Shown here piece after piece: positions 37,667-46,791 of a DNA stretch of 46,920 nt (positions are counted from its first letter, which is position 1; each line of letters begins with the position of its first letter). The DNA comes from a bacterium (GTDB lineage: Bacteria; Babelota; Babeliae; Babelales; RVW-14). The position numbers and the translations under genes are program-made. The notes below the pieces were generated by a model. That model was not told the origin of the DNA. It saw nothing but the letters and a program-made list of their open reading frames with translations, and searched no databases. The stretch lies in contig JBDRBF010000020.1 in the NCBI GenBank assembly GCA_043822925.1, positions 1-46,920 of the forward strand. The letters run 5' to 3'.

Positions 37667-39125
37667 TGACATCGTCTTCTGATAAATCTTGTGTCTTTTC
37701 AATGTTTTTATATACCTCTGGGTAAGCCCCTTGAATATAACTTGCGCATTGTACTACAAATGGTTTGATATTTCGTAATTGTAGTTTGCGTAAATAGCCT
37801 TCTTTAAGTAAGAATAGAAAAATAGTCTGATCAACAAATGAGTATGTCTCGTGTTCTTGTTGATTTAAAATTTCGAGGGCTCTTCGACCAGCATCAAGTG
37901 CTTTTTGACTTTCTTTATCAAGTTCTGAACCGAATTGTGCAAAGGCGAGAAGCTCTTTGTATTGAGCTAAATCAAGTTTTAATGTGCCAGACACTTTTTT
38001 CATTGCTTTTGTTTGAGCAACGCTGCCAACACGTGATACTGAAAGTCCAATATCTATAGCAGGTCTAACACCGCTATTAAATAAATTGGTGTCTAAAAAA
38101 ATTTGTCCATCGGTGATTGATATTAAATTTGTTGGAATATATGCAGAGATGTCATCACCTTGGGTTTGAATTATAGGTAGAGCTGTTAGAGAGCCGCTTC
38201 CTAGTTCTTCGCAAAGTTTGCCTGCACGCTCAAGAAGTCTCGAGTGAATATAAAAAATATCACCTGGATAGGCTTCTCGTCCAGGTGGGCGTCTTAATAG
38301 TAACGATAGTTCGCGATAAGCGATGGCGTGGGCACTTAGATCATCATAGAGAATAAGAACATCTTTGCCTTTGTTCATAAAATATTCACCGATAGTGCAA
38401 CCAACGTATGGCGATAAATATTGGTTTAGTGCGGGTTCTTTTGCATTTGCGTCAATAATTATAGTATAGGCAAGGGCGCCAAATTGTTCGAGCTGATAGA
38501 TCATTTTTGCTGTGTCAGATTGCTTATGCCCAATAGAGACATAAATACAAATTACGTTTTGATTTTTTTGATGTAAAATCGTGTCGAATGCTATGGTGCT
38601 TTTTCCGGTACGTCGGTTACCAATTAAGAGTTCTCGTTGTCCGCGTCCAATGGGAATAAGGCTGTCAATAGCTATGATGCCGGTCTCTAACGATTGATTG
38701 ATCGGACTCCTGCGTGCTATGCCTGGAATTGTTGGCTCTATGGGCATTTCTTTATCGAACTCGAGCTGTCCGCAGGCATCGATGGGTTTTCCACGTGCGT
38801 TAATAACTCTGCCGATGAGTTTATCTCCAACAGGAATAGAGAAAACCTTTCCTGTTCTTTTGGCGATTTCTTGTTCTTTTACGGAGGTTGATTCATCAAG
38901 TAAGACAACCGAAACGTAATCTTCATCAAGATTTAAAACGAGGCCGCTGCCTCCACCTTCGAATGTGATAAATTCGCTGAAAGATGCGTTTTTAAGGCCA
39001 TAAATGCTGCAAATTCCATCGCCAACTTTAATCACTGTTCCAATCTCGTCTAAGTTTTCTTGGGGTTTTTCACTCAAGACTTGTTCAAGTATCGAAACTA
39101 TATCAGTATCTCTTTTTTCTATCAT
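37611..39125 (-). CDS. atpA: F1 ATP synthase alpha subunit
   Basis: VGDGI, PIGRGQREL, RRPPGREAYPGD, SITDGQI. Confidence 0.98.
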   Translation of the reverse strand: MIEKRDTDIVSILEQVLSEKPQENLDEIGTVIKVGDGICSIYGLKNASFSEFITFEGGGSGLVLNLDEDYVSVVLLDESTSVKEQEIAKRTGKVFSIPVGDKLIGRVINARGKPIDACGQLEFDKEMPIEPTIPGIARRSPINQSLETGIIAIDSLIPIGRGQRELLIGNRRTGKSTIAFDTILHQKNQNVICIYVSIGHKQSDTAKMIYQLEQFGALAYTIIIDANAKEPALNQYLSPYVGCTIGEYFMNKGKDVLILYDDLSAHAIAYRELSLLLRRPPGREAYPGDIFYIHSRLLERAGKLCEELGSGSLTALPIIQTQGDDISAYIPTNLISITDGQIFLDTNLFNSGVRPAIDIGLSVSRVGSVAQTKAMKKVSGTLKLDLAQYKELLAFAQFGSELDKESQKALDAGRRALEILNQQEHETYSFVDQTIFLFLLKEGYLRKLQLRNIKPFVVQCASYIQGAYPEVYKNIEKTQDLSEDDVNEIKKAAEEFGTIFTPTI

Positions 39126-39676
39126 AATCCTACTCGATGTAAAACAGACCGCTTAACATTATTAAGTTGTTTAACGAATGAGCGTTCCCATACAACATTA
39201 TCTCCAAGAATTTTTATTCCACAAATTAACGTTTTGTCTATAAAAAAATCAGCTAAAATTGTTGCGTTAATAGTTTTTTTCAAAAAGCTGTGTATCGTTT
39301 GCTTTTCGTTTTCTTCAAGAGGATGTGATGAATAAACTTTAAAAGAAAGAATGTTTTTACGTGTTTTATATTCTTTTATAATCTGTTCGACAACTTTATC
39401 AAATATTTCGATTCTTTTTTGTTTGAAAAGAGCCCGAGCTAAAATACAACTTGTAGCGTCTATTTTTAAAGAGTGTAATATTTTTTCAAATGAATTTTCT
39501 CTAATATTATCAGGGATAGATGATAAATTTAGATACATAGAAATTGCTTTGTTTGTTTTAAAAAAAAATCTTAGTTTTTCTAAATTGTCAAAACATGCTT
39601 TATCCATTTTGTTAAGGTAGAGGTTGAGTAAAGCTGAGGCATATTTTTTAGCAATGACTTCTGTTTGTAGTATCAT
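39122..39676 (-). CDS. atpH: ATP synthase delta subunit
   Basis: IAKKYASAL; SSHPL; DKTLICGIKI; position before atpA. Confidence 0.88.
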   Translation of the reverse strand: MILQTEVIAKKYASALLNLYLNKMDKACFDNLEKLRFFFKTNKAISMYLNLSSIPDNIRENSFEKILHSLKIDATSCILARALFKQKRIEIFDKVVEQIIKEYKTRKNILSFKVYSSHPLEENEKQTIHSFLKKTINATILADFFIDKTLICGIKILGDNVVWERSFVKQLNNVKRSVLHRVGL

Positions 39677-40176
39677 GTTTTTGCGTGATTATTTAGAGGT
39701 AAAGTAAGGATAAGTTTTTGTAGTTCGGTTGATCCGTGTTCTTGCGCATAGAGTGCCATCAGTTTTTTTTCTACTAAGCTGAAGACTTGAGGTATTACCT
39801 GTTCAGCTATTTTCGCATTCGCAAAGTGTGCTTCTTGAACTGTTCTTTTTGCTTCTATTTGGTCATAAATTATTTTTTTTGAAGCATCTTCTTGTTGTTT
39901 ATTTTTAAGCATTGCTTGGTACCATATCTGGACTCTTTTCTCCAAAGTGATGAGTGTTTTTTTTTGTACTCCAATTTGAAGATCCATTCGTTTTATGGTT
40001 GCCGTTAAAAGTTTTTCTTTATCCAACAGCTCTGATTGGTGTTTTTTGTAGTTTTTTATGCGGTGAAACAAAAATGGGATAATATGCTTTTTCCCGAGCG
40101 CCCATAATTGATAAAACAGCAAAGAAAAAAGTGTTGCATGAAATATAATACTTAAAGCGCTGCTACCAACATGCAT
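39673..40176 (-). CDS. atpF: Divergent ATP synthase b subunit
   Basis: N-terminal TM plus long helix; position between b' and delta. Confidence 0.65.
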   Translation of the reverse strand: MHVGSSALSIIFHATLFSLLFYQLWALGKKHIIPFLFHRIKNYKKHQSELLDKEKLLTATIKRMDLQIGVQKKTLITLEKRVQIWYQAMLKNKQQEDASKKIIYDQIEAKRTVQEAHFANAKIAEQVIPQVFSLVEKKLMALYAQEHGSTELQKLILTLPLNNHAKT

Positions 40177-40522
40177 GGGATATTCTATTCGTTAGAATTT
40201 TTTCTGCTTGATCACTGAGTTGTTTTATTTCTTGTTCATTTTTTTTATATGCAAGTTTTGAGCGAATTGGAATGTCTTGCGATTGTTCAACGTGATATTG
40301 TTTTTTTAGATATAACCGAAAATCCTGCAGTAAGCTTTCTTTTTCTTCAGTTTTTTTAACTAAAGAAAGTTCTCTTTGTTGTAAACTTACAAGTAATGCT
40401 TTGCGCGCTTTCTCGCGTTGATCGCGCATTGCAACAATAGGTTTACATAAAAGTCTACTGAGAAAGAAGTATGTAATCCAAAAATTAATAATTTGTACAA
40501 AAAGAGTGACGTTGATATCCAT
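40163..40522 (-). CDS. ATP synthase b' subunit
   Basis: INVTLFVQIINF...KPI....QRE. Confidence 0.85.
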   Translation of the reverse strand: MDINVTLFVQIINFWITYFFLSRLLCKPIVAMRDQREKARKALLVSLQQRELSLVKKTEEKESLLQDFRLYLKKQYHVEQSQDIPIRSKLAYKKNEQEIKQLSDQAEKILTNRISHACW

Positions 40523-40562
40523 TGGTATTTCCTTTATGGAGGCTCTTTTTTTACGTGTTATG

Positions 40563-40808
40563 TTATTTTACATAAAAGAGTAAAATTAACGAGATAAGAA
40601 GCGCGTATATTGCCGTAGATTCAACGAAGGCTAATGCGACGATCATTGTCCTTAGAATGACGTTTGCATTTTCTGGTTTTTTGCCGATACCTTCACATGC
40701 TTTTCCACCGATAAGACCTTGTCCGATTGACGGTCCAAGTGTGCCTATGCCCATACAGAGTCCTGCTGCTAAGCATGCAGCTGTTTTTACCCAATTGATA
40801 TCAGCCAT
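40563..40808 (-). CDS. atpE: ATP synthase c subunit
   Basis: GPSIGQG, KKPE loop, ESTAIY. Confidence 0.97.
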   Translation of the reverse strand: MADINWVKTAACLAAGLCMGIGTLGPSIGQGLIGGKACEGIGKKPENANVILRTMIVALAFVESTAIYALLISLILLFYVK

Positions 40809-40897
40809 AAGGTTCCTTTTTGTATATAGTTTTGTATATATCTATTTACTTTGTGCTCACCCTGGGGTTTTCTATGTGCCATCTATATGTTTATGTT

Positions 40898-40927
40898 AGT
40901 ATGTAAACATATGCGTTTATTTGTCAA
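40898..40927 (-). promoter_or_regulatory. sigma70-type promoter for atpE
   Basis: TTGACA-18-CATACT on the minus strand. Confidence 0.55.
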
Positions 40928-40971
40928 ATACTATTATATAAATATTTGTATTGGCTAAGCTTTCAACATAT

Positions 40972-41733
40972 TTATAATGTTTGTTGTACCTGTTTTTGAG
41001 GTTTTGCCTGATTTGTCTGGTTAATAAATTGTAAAATTTGCTCAATAATTTCGTTTTGTCGTTTTTCGTTTTTTTCAAATTCAGTGTTGCCGTTTATCGT
41101 TAGTACTGGAATATTACGTAATGTTCCGTGTACATCTTTTTTCTCGATTAACCAATCTTCGTGCATATTATGTAGGTCTGTCAGGTATGATAACGGTATA
41201 GCTGTTTCTTCTGATCTATTCCGTTTTGTGAGCCGTTGGTAGCAAATAGTGGGGTCTGCTTGTAAATATATGAATCCAGATGGTTTCTTTGCATATTTTT
41301 CTTCAAGCCAGGCAAACCAATCTTTGTATATTTGCCATTCTAGATCGGTCATGAACCCTGATTTATAGCAATTTTTAGCAAAACAAAACCGGTCACAATA
41401 TATTGAACGCTCTAAAAATTGTATGTTTTTGCCTGACGATAAATTGTCGTTTTCTTGAAGCGTCTCTATTCGGCTAATAAATGCATATGATTGGAATGTA
41501 TATGCCCACCGGGGGGTGTCTTTGTAAAATAGGTCAAGTAAGTTGCCGGTTGTGCCAACTTTTTGCCATTTATCTGTTGGTTCAAGTATGACGTCAGCAT
41601 CGAGCATTTTAGCAATTATATTGAGAAAAGTTGATTTTCCGGCGCCGATATTGCCTTCTAGGATAAATGTTTTTTTGGGGACGAGCCCTGGTACGTGTGA
41701 TGAACTTGTTGGTTGCATGGTGTTGCCTTTCAT
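40972..41733 (-). CDS. Deoxynucleoside kinase
   Basis: EGNIGAGKST, EP..KW, ERSIYCDR.CFA, R.RSEE. Confidence 0.93.
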   Translation of the reverse strand: MKGNTMQPTSSSHVPGLVPKKTFILEGNIGAGKSTFLNIIAKMLDADVILEPTDKWQKVGTTGNLLDLFYKDTPRWAYTFQSYAFISRIETLQENDNLSSGKNIQFLERSIYCDRFCFAKNCYKSGFMTDLEWQIYKDWFAWLEEKYAKKPSGFIYLQADPTICYQRLTKRNRSEETAIPLSYLTDLHNMHEDWLIEKKDVHGTLRNIPVLTINGNTEFEKNEKRQNEIIEQILQFINQTNQAKPQKQVQQTL

Positions 41734-42055
41734 AAAAAAATCTCGTCATAAAAAATTTTGTCTTAAGTGTTCTCTTAAAATTAAAAAAAGCACCTATTTA
41801 TGTGCAAATATAAAGTGCAAATAGTGGAAGTTCGTAGAATTGAGTTAATTTTATCGTGGAGCGCGGCGAAAATCTATTCAAATTTAATTTTTTTCGTATT
41901 TGACTCATTGTCAATGGGCTAAATTGACATTGTGGAGATTTTTGTTTTACTTAGAGCCTGCTCATGCAGATCTTGGTATTGGGAGAGTTATTTCTTATTT
42001 GAACGTTGTATTTATTATTATGTAATTTAAAAAAAAGAATAAAAAGAATACGTGT

Positions 42056-43573
42056 ATGGCGAGAAAAACAAAATTATTATTGTGGGCTTTTTCTTTTGGT
42101 ATTTTATTTTTTCCATTCATATGCGTGTGCGATGATAGCGATGATGCGCCAGAATTTACTGGAGATGTGAGTATTGAAGATCTTAATATTATTGAGCAAA
42201 AACCAGATTTTTCACAGTATGTTTTGAGAGGTGATCTTGATTATGAGAAGCTTTTGGATCTTCTTTGTGCTATAGAAAGTCCGTTATGGAAGAGTACACA
42301 GATTCCTAAGGGGCGCGATCCGTTATATCTTTTACCATATAAAATTACGGCACTTGAATATGGTGGGATTTCGACCAGTCTATTTTTTAATATGACAAAT
42401 AAAATGCAAGTTAGCTCTGATAGTCTTTTGGATGTAAAAATAATAAGTAAGCAAAAAGTAACTGATTTTTTAAATGAGTTATTAAAGTCTGATGATGGGT
42501 TGGAGATTACGGCTCAGGAGCTTTCAAGTATTGTTCCCTTGCTTCAAAAGATTACGCTTCAAGAGATAAAAGCTGGCTTTTTTTTGCAGGGTGGTTTTGT
42601 TAAGGGCCCATTTAATATTCAGGTTAATACGTTGTGCCAAGTCGCTGAAAGAAATTTTTGGCTTAATAAGCGAGAACGAGCTGAAGCCTCTTCTATAATA
42701 CAGAAGAAATTTCCTGGAGGATCTCTTGATGATAAAGAGCTTTATCGATTGACGTATGGTTTTGGTGATACGCGTGTGAAGTGTGGCTTGAATACTTTGA
42801 ATATGACTGATTTTGTGGTTGATTTTGGATTTGAGGGTATTGTTCCAACCAGTAGGATTTCGTCAAAACATCATATGACGACCGTAGTTGATATTAATCT
42901 AGATGAAGATAACGAAATTATTAAAGAAACGCTTGTTAATTTACTGCGGGGAACAAGAGATTTGCTCCTTGAGCCTAAGCTTGGCAATGGGGGGCATTTT
43001 GGGGTTGGGTGTTATATTGAATCTAAGATAGGGCTTTTTAATAACTTGGCAAATATGTGGCTTCGTTTTTCATATAATAAACTTTTTGCCAACGATGAAT
43101 ATCGTTTGATTATGTTTAATAATGCGACTGGAAGGTTGGATAAACAAGAGGTGATAGATTTGTTTATAACAGATCCAACGGCAGGAAAAGAGTTAATAAG
43201 CCTGTTCGCTCGAGAGTTTATCTTTCCGTCGTCATTTAAAACGAGTGTAAATCCGGGAGGTATTTTTAATGCTATAGTAAGCATCTCGTTTGATGTGAAA
43301 AAAATGAACATAGCGTTGGGATATGATTTTTATGCTCAGCAGCAGGAACGTATTGAAAAAGTCTATAGTTCAAGCGTGCAAATGTCAGAATTAAGAATAG
43401 AAGATGCACAAATTCCAGATATCTATCAGCATAAAATTTTTTCAGAAGCTTTGTATACCAAACAATATAAGCGGTCTAAAGTAGGGTTAGGTCTTGGTGG
43501 AGATGTTACGGCTCATAGTAAAAATCTTGGGTATGATTGGACTGTGTACTTAAAGGGAACGGCGTCGTTTTAG
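42056..43573 (+). CDS. Predicted outer-membrane beta-barrel protein, paralog 3
   Basis: Signal peptide; GFGD..VPT..GNGGHFG, LGYDFY, QHKIF; ends VYLKGTASF. Confidence 0.7.
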   Translation: MARKTKLLLWAFSFGILFFPFICVCDDSDDAPEFTGDVSIEDLNIIEQKPDFSQYVLRGDLDYEKLLDLLCAIESPLWKSTQIPKGRDPLYLLPYKITALEYGGISTSLFFNMTNKMQVSSDSLLDVKIISKQKVTDFLNELLKSDDGLEITAQELSSIVPLLQKITLQEIKAGFFLQGGFVKGPFNIQVNTLCQVAERNFWLNKRERAEASSIIQKKFPGGSLDDKELYRLTYGFGDTRVKCGLNTLNMTDFVVDFGFEGIVPTSRISSKHHMTTVVDINLDEDNEIIKETLVNLLRGTRDLLLEPKLGNGGHFGVGCYIESKIGLFNNLANMWLRFSYNKLFANDEYRLIMFNNATGRLDKQEVIDLFITDPTAGKELISLFAREFIFPSSFKTSVNPGGIFNAIVSISFDVKKMNIALGYDFYAQQQERIEKVYSSSVQMSELRIEDAQIPDIYQHKIFSEALYTKQYKRSKVGLGLGGDVTAHSKNLGYDWTVYLKGTASF

Positions 43574-43605
43574 GTAGTTAAATATATTTATAAAATCGGA
43601 TTTTG

Positions 43606-43660
43606 CCCTTCGACTGGCTTGTCCCTACGCCAAGGCTACGGTGCACAGGCAGGGTGAGCG
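43606..43660 (-). repeat. Nested palindromes: family B inside family A, intergenic
   Basis: Reverse complement CGCTCACCCTG[CCTGTGCACCGTAGCCTTGGCGTAGGGACA]AGCCAGTCGAAGGG. Confidence 0.85.
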
Positions 43661-43693
43661 CATTTCTGAGTGGCAAAGAAATAGGAGTAAGTC

Positions 43694-44395
43694 ATGCATA
43701 ATAGTTATTTAAAAAAGAGTATATTTTTGATTGGTGGGTCTTTTGTATTGTTCTTGAGCGTTAGTGCGCAAAAACAATCGGGACAGGTCTCTCAGGTTTC
43801 TGTGGGCACTGTGGCTTCGGTTTCAGCCGGATCAGATATCGTGGCAAAAGAGTTGCATGATCCGGTAATGGGTAAGGTTTTAGACCCATTATGGGGCAGC
43901 AAGCCATCTATTTTATTGCGTATAGATCTTTCTATGCGAGCTATTAGGAATGCGTTTGCTCATATACAGGAGCGTAAAGCTTCTGGTCAAGTTTATTCGC
44001 CGGAAAGTGATAAAGAATTTATTGAAAAAGAAATGGCGATTATTCTTCATCCTGTAGAAGGCTTTTTTGGTGATATTGTAGCAGTTGCTGATATAATTAA
44101 GCCGCTTTTAAGTGAGAGCCTCGTTGGTCCAGGGCAGCCAGAAGAGTCGATTCTTTTGATGCAATATTTTTCTCTTAAAGAGAAGGATTTGGCTAAGTTT
44201 TGTGAGAGAACAATAAAATCGATTGATAGCTTTGAGCGAATTTGTCGTGAATTTATTCAATTGTTTGTTGATTTAAAAAAGAGCTTGTCGCCTACAACAA
44301 AAGCTGCATACTCTGCGTATCTTGTGAAGTTTAAAGAAGAACAAGCTCAGATGCAAAGAGAAAAAGCAGCACAGCAAAAAGTTGTTGCAAGATAG
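43694..44395 (+). CDS. Secreted helical hypothetical protein
   Basis: AGGAG SD; signal peptide ending VSA. Confidence 0.8.
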   Translation: MHNSYLKKSIFLIGGSFVLFLSVSAQKQSGQVSQVSVGTVASVSAGSDIVAKELHDPVMGKVLDPLWGSKPSILLRIDLSMRAIRNAFAHIQERKASGQVYSPESDKEFIEKEMAIILHPVEGFFGDIVAVADIIKPLLSESLVGPGQPEESILLMQYFSLKEKDLAKFCERTIKSIDSFERICREFIQLFVDLKKSLSPTTKAAYSAYLVKFKEEQAQMQREKAAQQKVVAR

Positions 44396-44418
44396 GTATA
44401 ACAAAACGGGAAGATATA

Positions 44419-46701
44419 ATGGGGCAGGCACCAAGTAAAGAACTAACGCAACTGTGTGGAACAATCGAAAAAGTTGTTTATAAAAGTGCTGAAAGCGGTT
44501 TTTCGGTTTTTTCCTTAAAAGTAAGTTCATCAGAAACCGTGATGGCCAAAGGGTGCTTGCCTGAAGTTTTTCAAGGTGAAGAAGTCTTTTTGTCTGGTAC
44601 ATGGGGGTTTCACCCAAAATTCGGTCGTCAATTTGATGTTCAAGAATGTCAGGCCAAAGCTCCATCAAGTGTGCTTGGTATCAGAAAATATCTTGCGTCA
44701 GGTTTAATTAAGGGCATTGGTCCTAAATTTGCTGAACGTATAGTTGCTGTTTTTGGTGAGCGTACGCTTGATATAATCGATAAACAGTCACATAGACTAT
44801 TGGAAGTCGAGGGAATTGGTAATGGGCGCGCCGATATTATTAGCAAAGCTTGGCAAGACCAAAAAGAGATTTCTAAAGTTATGCTTTTTTTGCGTGAACG
44901 AGACGTCTCGGCTTCGTTTGCGGTTAAAATTTTTAAAACATATGGCAATAAAGCTATCGAACTTATTCAAGCAAATCCATATAGGCTTGTTGAAGACATT
45001 TGGGGTATAGGTTTTAAAAGTGCAGATCAAATAGCTCTTAAATTGGGCTTGAAACCTGATAGTTTGGATCGCATTAAAGCTGGTATAATTCATATTATAA
45101 CGAGCGCAACTGGTGATGGGCATTTGTATGTTGTGGTTGAAGAGCTTAAAAAAGAAGTTATTACGTTATTAGATTTAAGTGTGAAAACGAGTGCTGGTAG
45201 CAGTGCTGTTAATTGTTATGAGTTAATAAACAAAGCTCTTTTTGATTTACATACGCAAGATAAAGTAAAGCTTATTACGTATCAAGAAAAGCACTATCTA
45301 ACGCTGCCCCAATTTTATTATTCAGAAAAGGGCATAGCCCAAAAAATACAGAAACTTTTGAGTTATCGCGACGAGCTCTTATCTCCGGATAGAACGCCCA
45401 TAGATATTGACGAAATTTATCAAAAATTACGTGCTGGTCAGGTAAATGCGAGTGCTAGCGCAAATAATCTAGAAAATAATAAAAATAATATTTTTTTAAA
45501 CGAAGATCAGCAGCGTGGGATTATTGCTTGCTTGCAAAGTAAAATTACGATTATTACTGGTGGTCCAGGTACTGGTAAAACGACGCTTATAAAACAGTTA
45601 TTGGAAGTTTTTGATGGGCAGCGCTTACGTTATCGGCTAGCTGCGCCGACCGGACGAGCTGCAAAACGTATGTTTGAAAGTACGGGACGTAATACTGAGA
45701 CGCTACACAGATTGCTTGAATTTACCCCTGGGTTTATGAGTTTTGCCCGTAACGAACAAAATGCACTTAGTCTCGATTATCTTGTTGTCGACGAAGCATC
45801 TATGATAGATGTGTTTTTAATGCACTCGATTTTAAAAGCGCTTCCAGAGCGAGGGCGTTTGGTGCTTATTGGCGATATCGACCAGTTACCGTCAGTTGGT
45901 GCAGGTAATGTGCTTAAAGATTTAATTATGTCAGAAAAAGTTGCCGTTATACGTTTAGCGCAAGTTTTTCGGCAAGCGCAAGATAGTATGATTATTGTGA
46001 ACGCGCATAATATTAATAAAGGCGAGTTTCCTGTATCGGCTGGACCAGAAAGTAAACGTGACTTTTTTTATTTAAAACAACAAGAGCCTGAAGAATTTTT
46101 CCCGTTATTACATACGATTTATAAAAAGAGGTTTCCAGCGCTTGGGATACACCCAGATAATACGGTTGTTTTGGTTCCTATGAATCGGGGAACTATCGGG
46201 ACACAAAGAATAAATCAAGAACTCCAAATGATCTTAAATCCAGAAAAGCCGGGAGAAAAGACCGTTTCTCGGTTTGGTCAGGTTTATAGAATTGGTGACC
46301 GTGTCATGCAAATTCGCAATAACTATGAAAAATTTGTGTTTAACGGCGACATGGGCAAGATAAAAGAGATAGATCAAGAAGATCAAAAAATACTTATCGA
46401 ATTTGGCGAGAGAACGCTTGATTACGATTTTTCTGAACTTAACGAGTTGACGCTTTCTTATGCGATATCTATTCACAAAAGCCAGGGGTCAGAATTTGAC
46501 GCAGTTATTATTCCCATTTTTATGCAGCATTTTATTTTGTTGCAGCGAAACTTAATTTATACGGCGATTACAAGAGCAAAAAAACTGTGTATCTTGGTGG
46601 GACAATCAAAGGCGATAGCCATGGGTATAAAAAATGGCAAAGGCGTTACTCGGCTTACGTTTTTGAAAGAGTTTCTTACGACTGATTTACAGGCTAGATG
46701 A
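44419..46701 (+). CDS. recD2: RecD2-like SF1B helicase
   Basis: H.KFG.QF, IKGIGPK.A, TGGPGTGKTT, APTGRAAKR, VDEASM, HKSQGSE. Confidence 0.96.
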   Translation: MGQAPSKELTQLCGTIEKVVYKSAESGFSVFSLKVSSSETVMAKGCLPEVFQGEEVFLSGTWGFHPKFGRQFDVQECQAKAPSSVLGIRKYLASGLIKGIGPKFAERIVAVFGERTLDIIDKQSHRLLEVEGIGNGRADIISKAWQDQKEISKVMLFLRERDVSASFAVKIFKTYGNKAIELIQANPYRLVEDIWGIGFKSADQIALKLGLKPDSLDRIKAGIIHIITSATGDGHLYVVVEELKKEVITLLDLSVKTSAGSSAVNCYELINKALFDLHTQDKVKLITYQEKHYLTLPQFYYSEKGIAQKIQKLLSYRDELLSPDRTPIDIDEIYQKLRAGQVNASASANNLENNKNNIFLNEDQQRGIIACLQSKITIITGGPGTGKTTLIKQLLEVFDGQRLRYRLAAPTGRAAKRMFESTGRNTETLHRLLEFTPGFMSFARNEQNALSLDYLVVDEASMIDVFLMHSILKALPERGRLVLIGDIDQLPSVGAGNVLKDLIMSEKVAVIRLAQVFRQAQDSMIIVNAHNINKGEFPVSAGPESKRDFFYLKQQEPEEFFPLLHTIYKKRFPALGIHPDNTVVLVPMNRGTIGTQRINQELQMILNPEKPGEKTVSRFGQVYRIGDRVMQIRNNYEKFVFNGDMGKIKEIDQEDQKILIEFGERTLDYDFSELNELTLSYAISIHKSQGSEFDAVIIPIFMQHFILLQRNLIYTAITRAKKLCILVGQSKAIAMGIKNGKGVTRLTFLKEFLTTDLQAR

Positions 46702-46770
46702 TCCTTCGATAAAGTCAGGGCGAGCGCTGCGCTCATGCTGAGCTCTGAGCTTGCCGAAGAGTCGAGGCAT
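46702..46770. repeat. Inverted pair of family A palindromes; the second contains a nested A core
   Basis: TCCTTCGATAAAGTCAGGGCGAGCG then CGCTCATGCTGAGCT[CTGAGCTTGCCGAAG]AGTCGAGGCA. Confidence 0.8.
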
Positions 46771-46791
46771 TTAATAAAAAAGGGCAAGATA

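Noticed and set aside
37611-40808. N-ATPase assignment based on ESTAIY
   Set aside because: A separate delta subunit and two b subunits are present, and the order is not atpDCQRBEFAG.
41909-41929. Back-to-back TTGACA boxes as divergent promoters
   Set aside because: No good -10 element at proper spacing on either strand.
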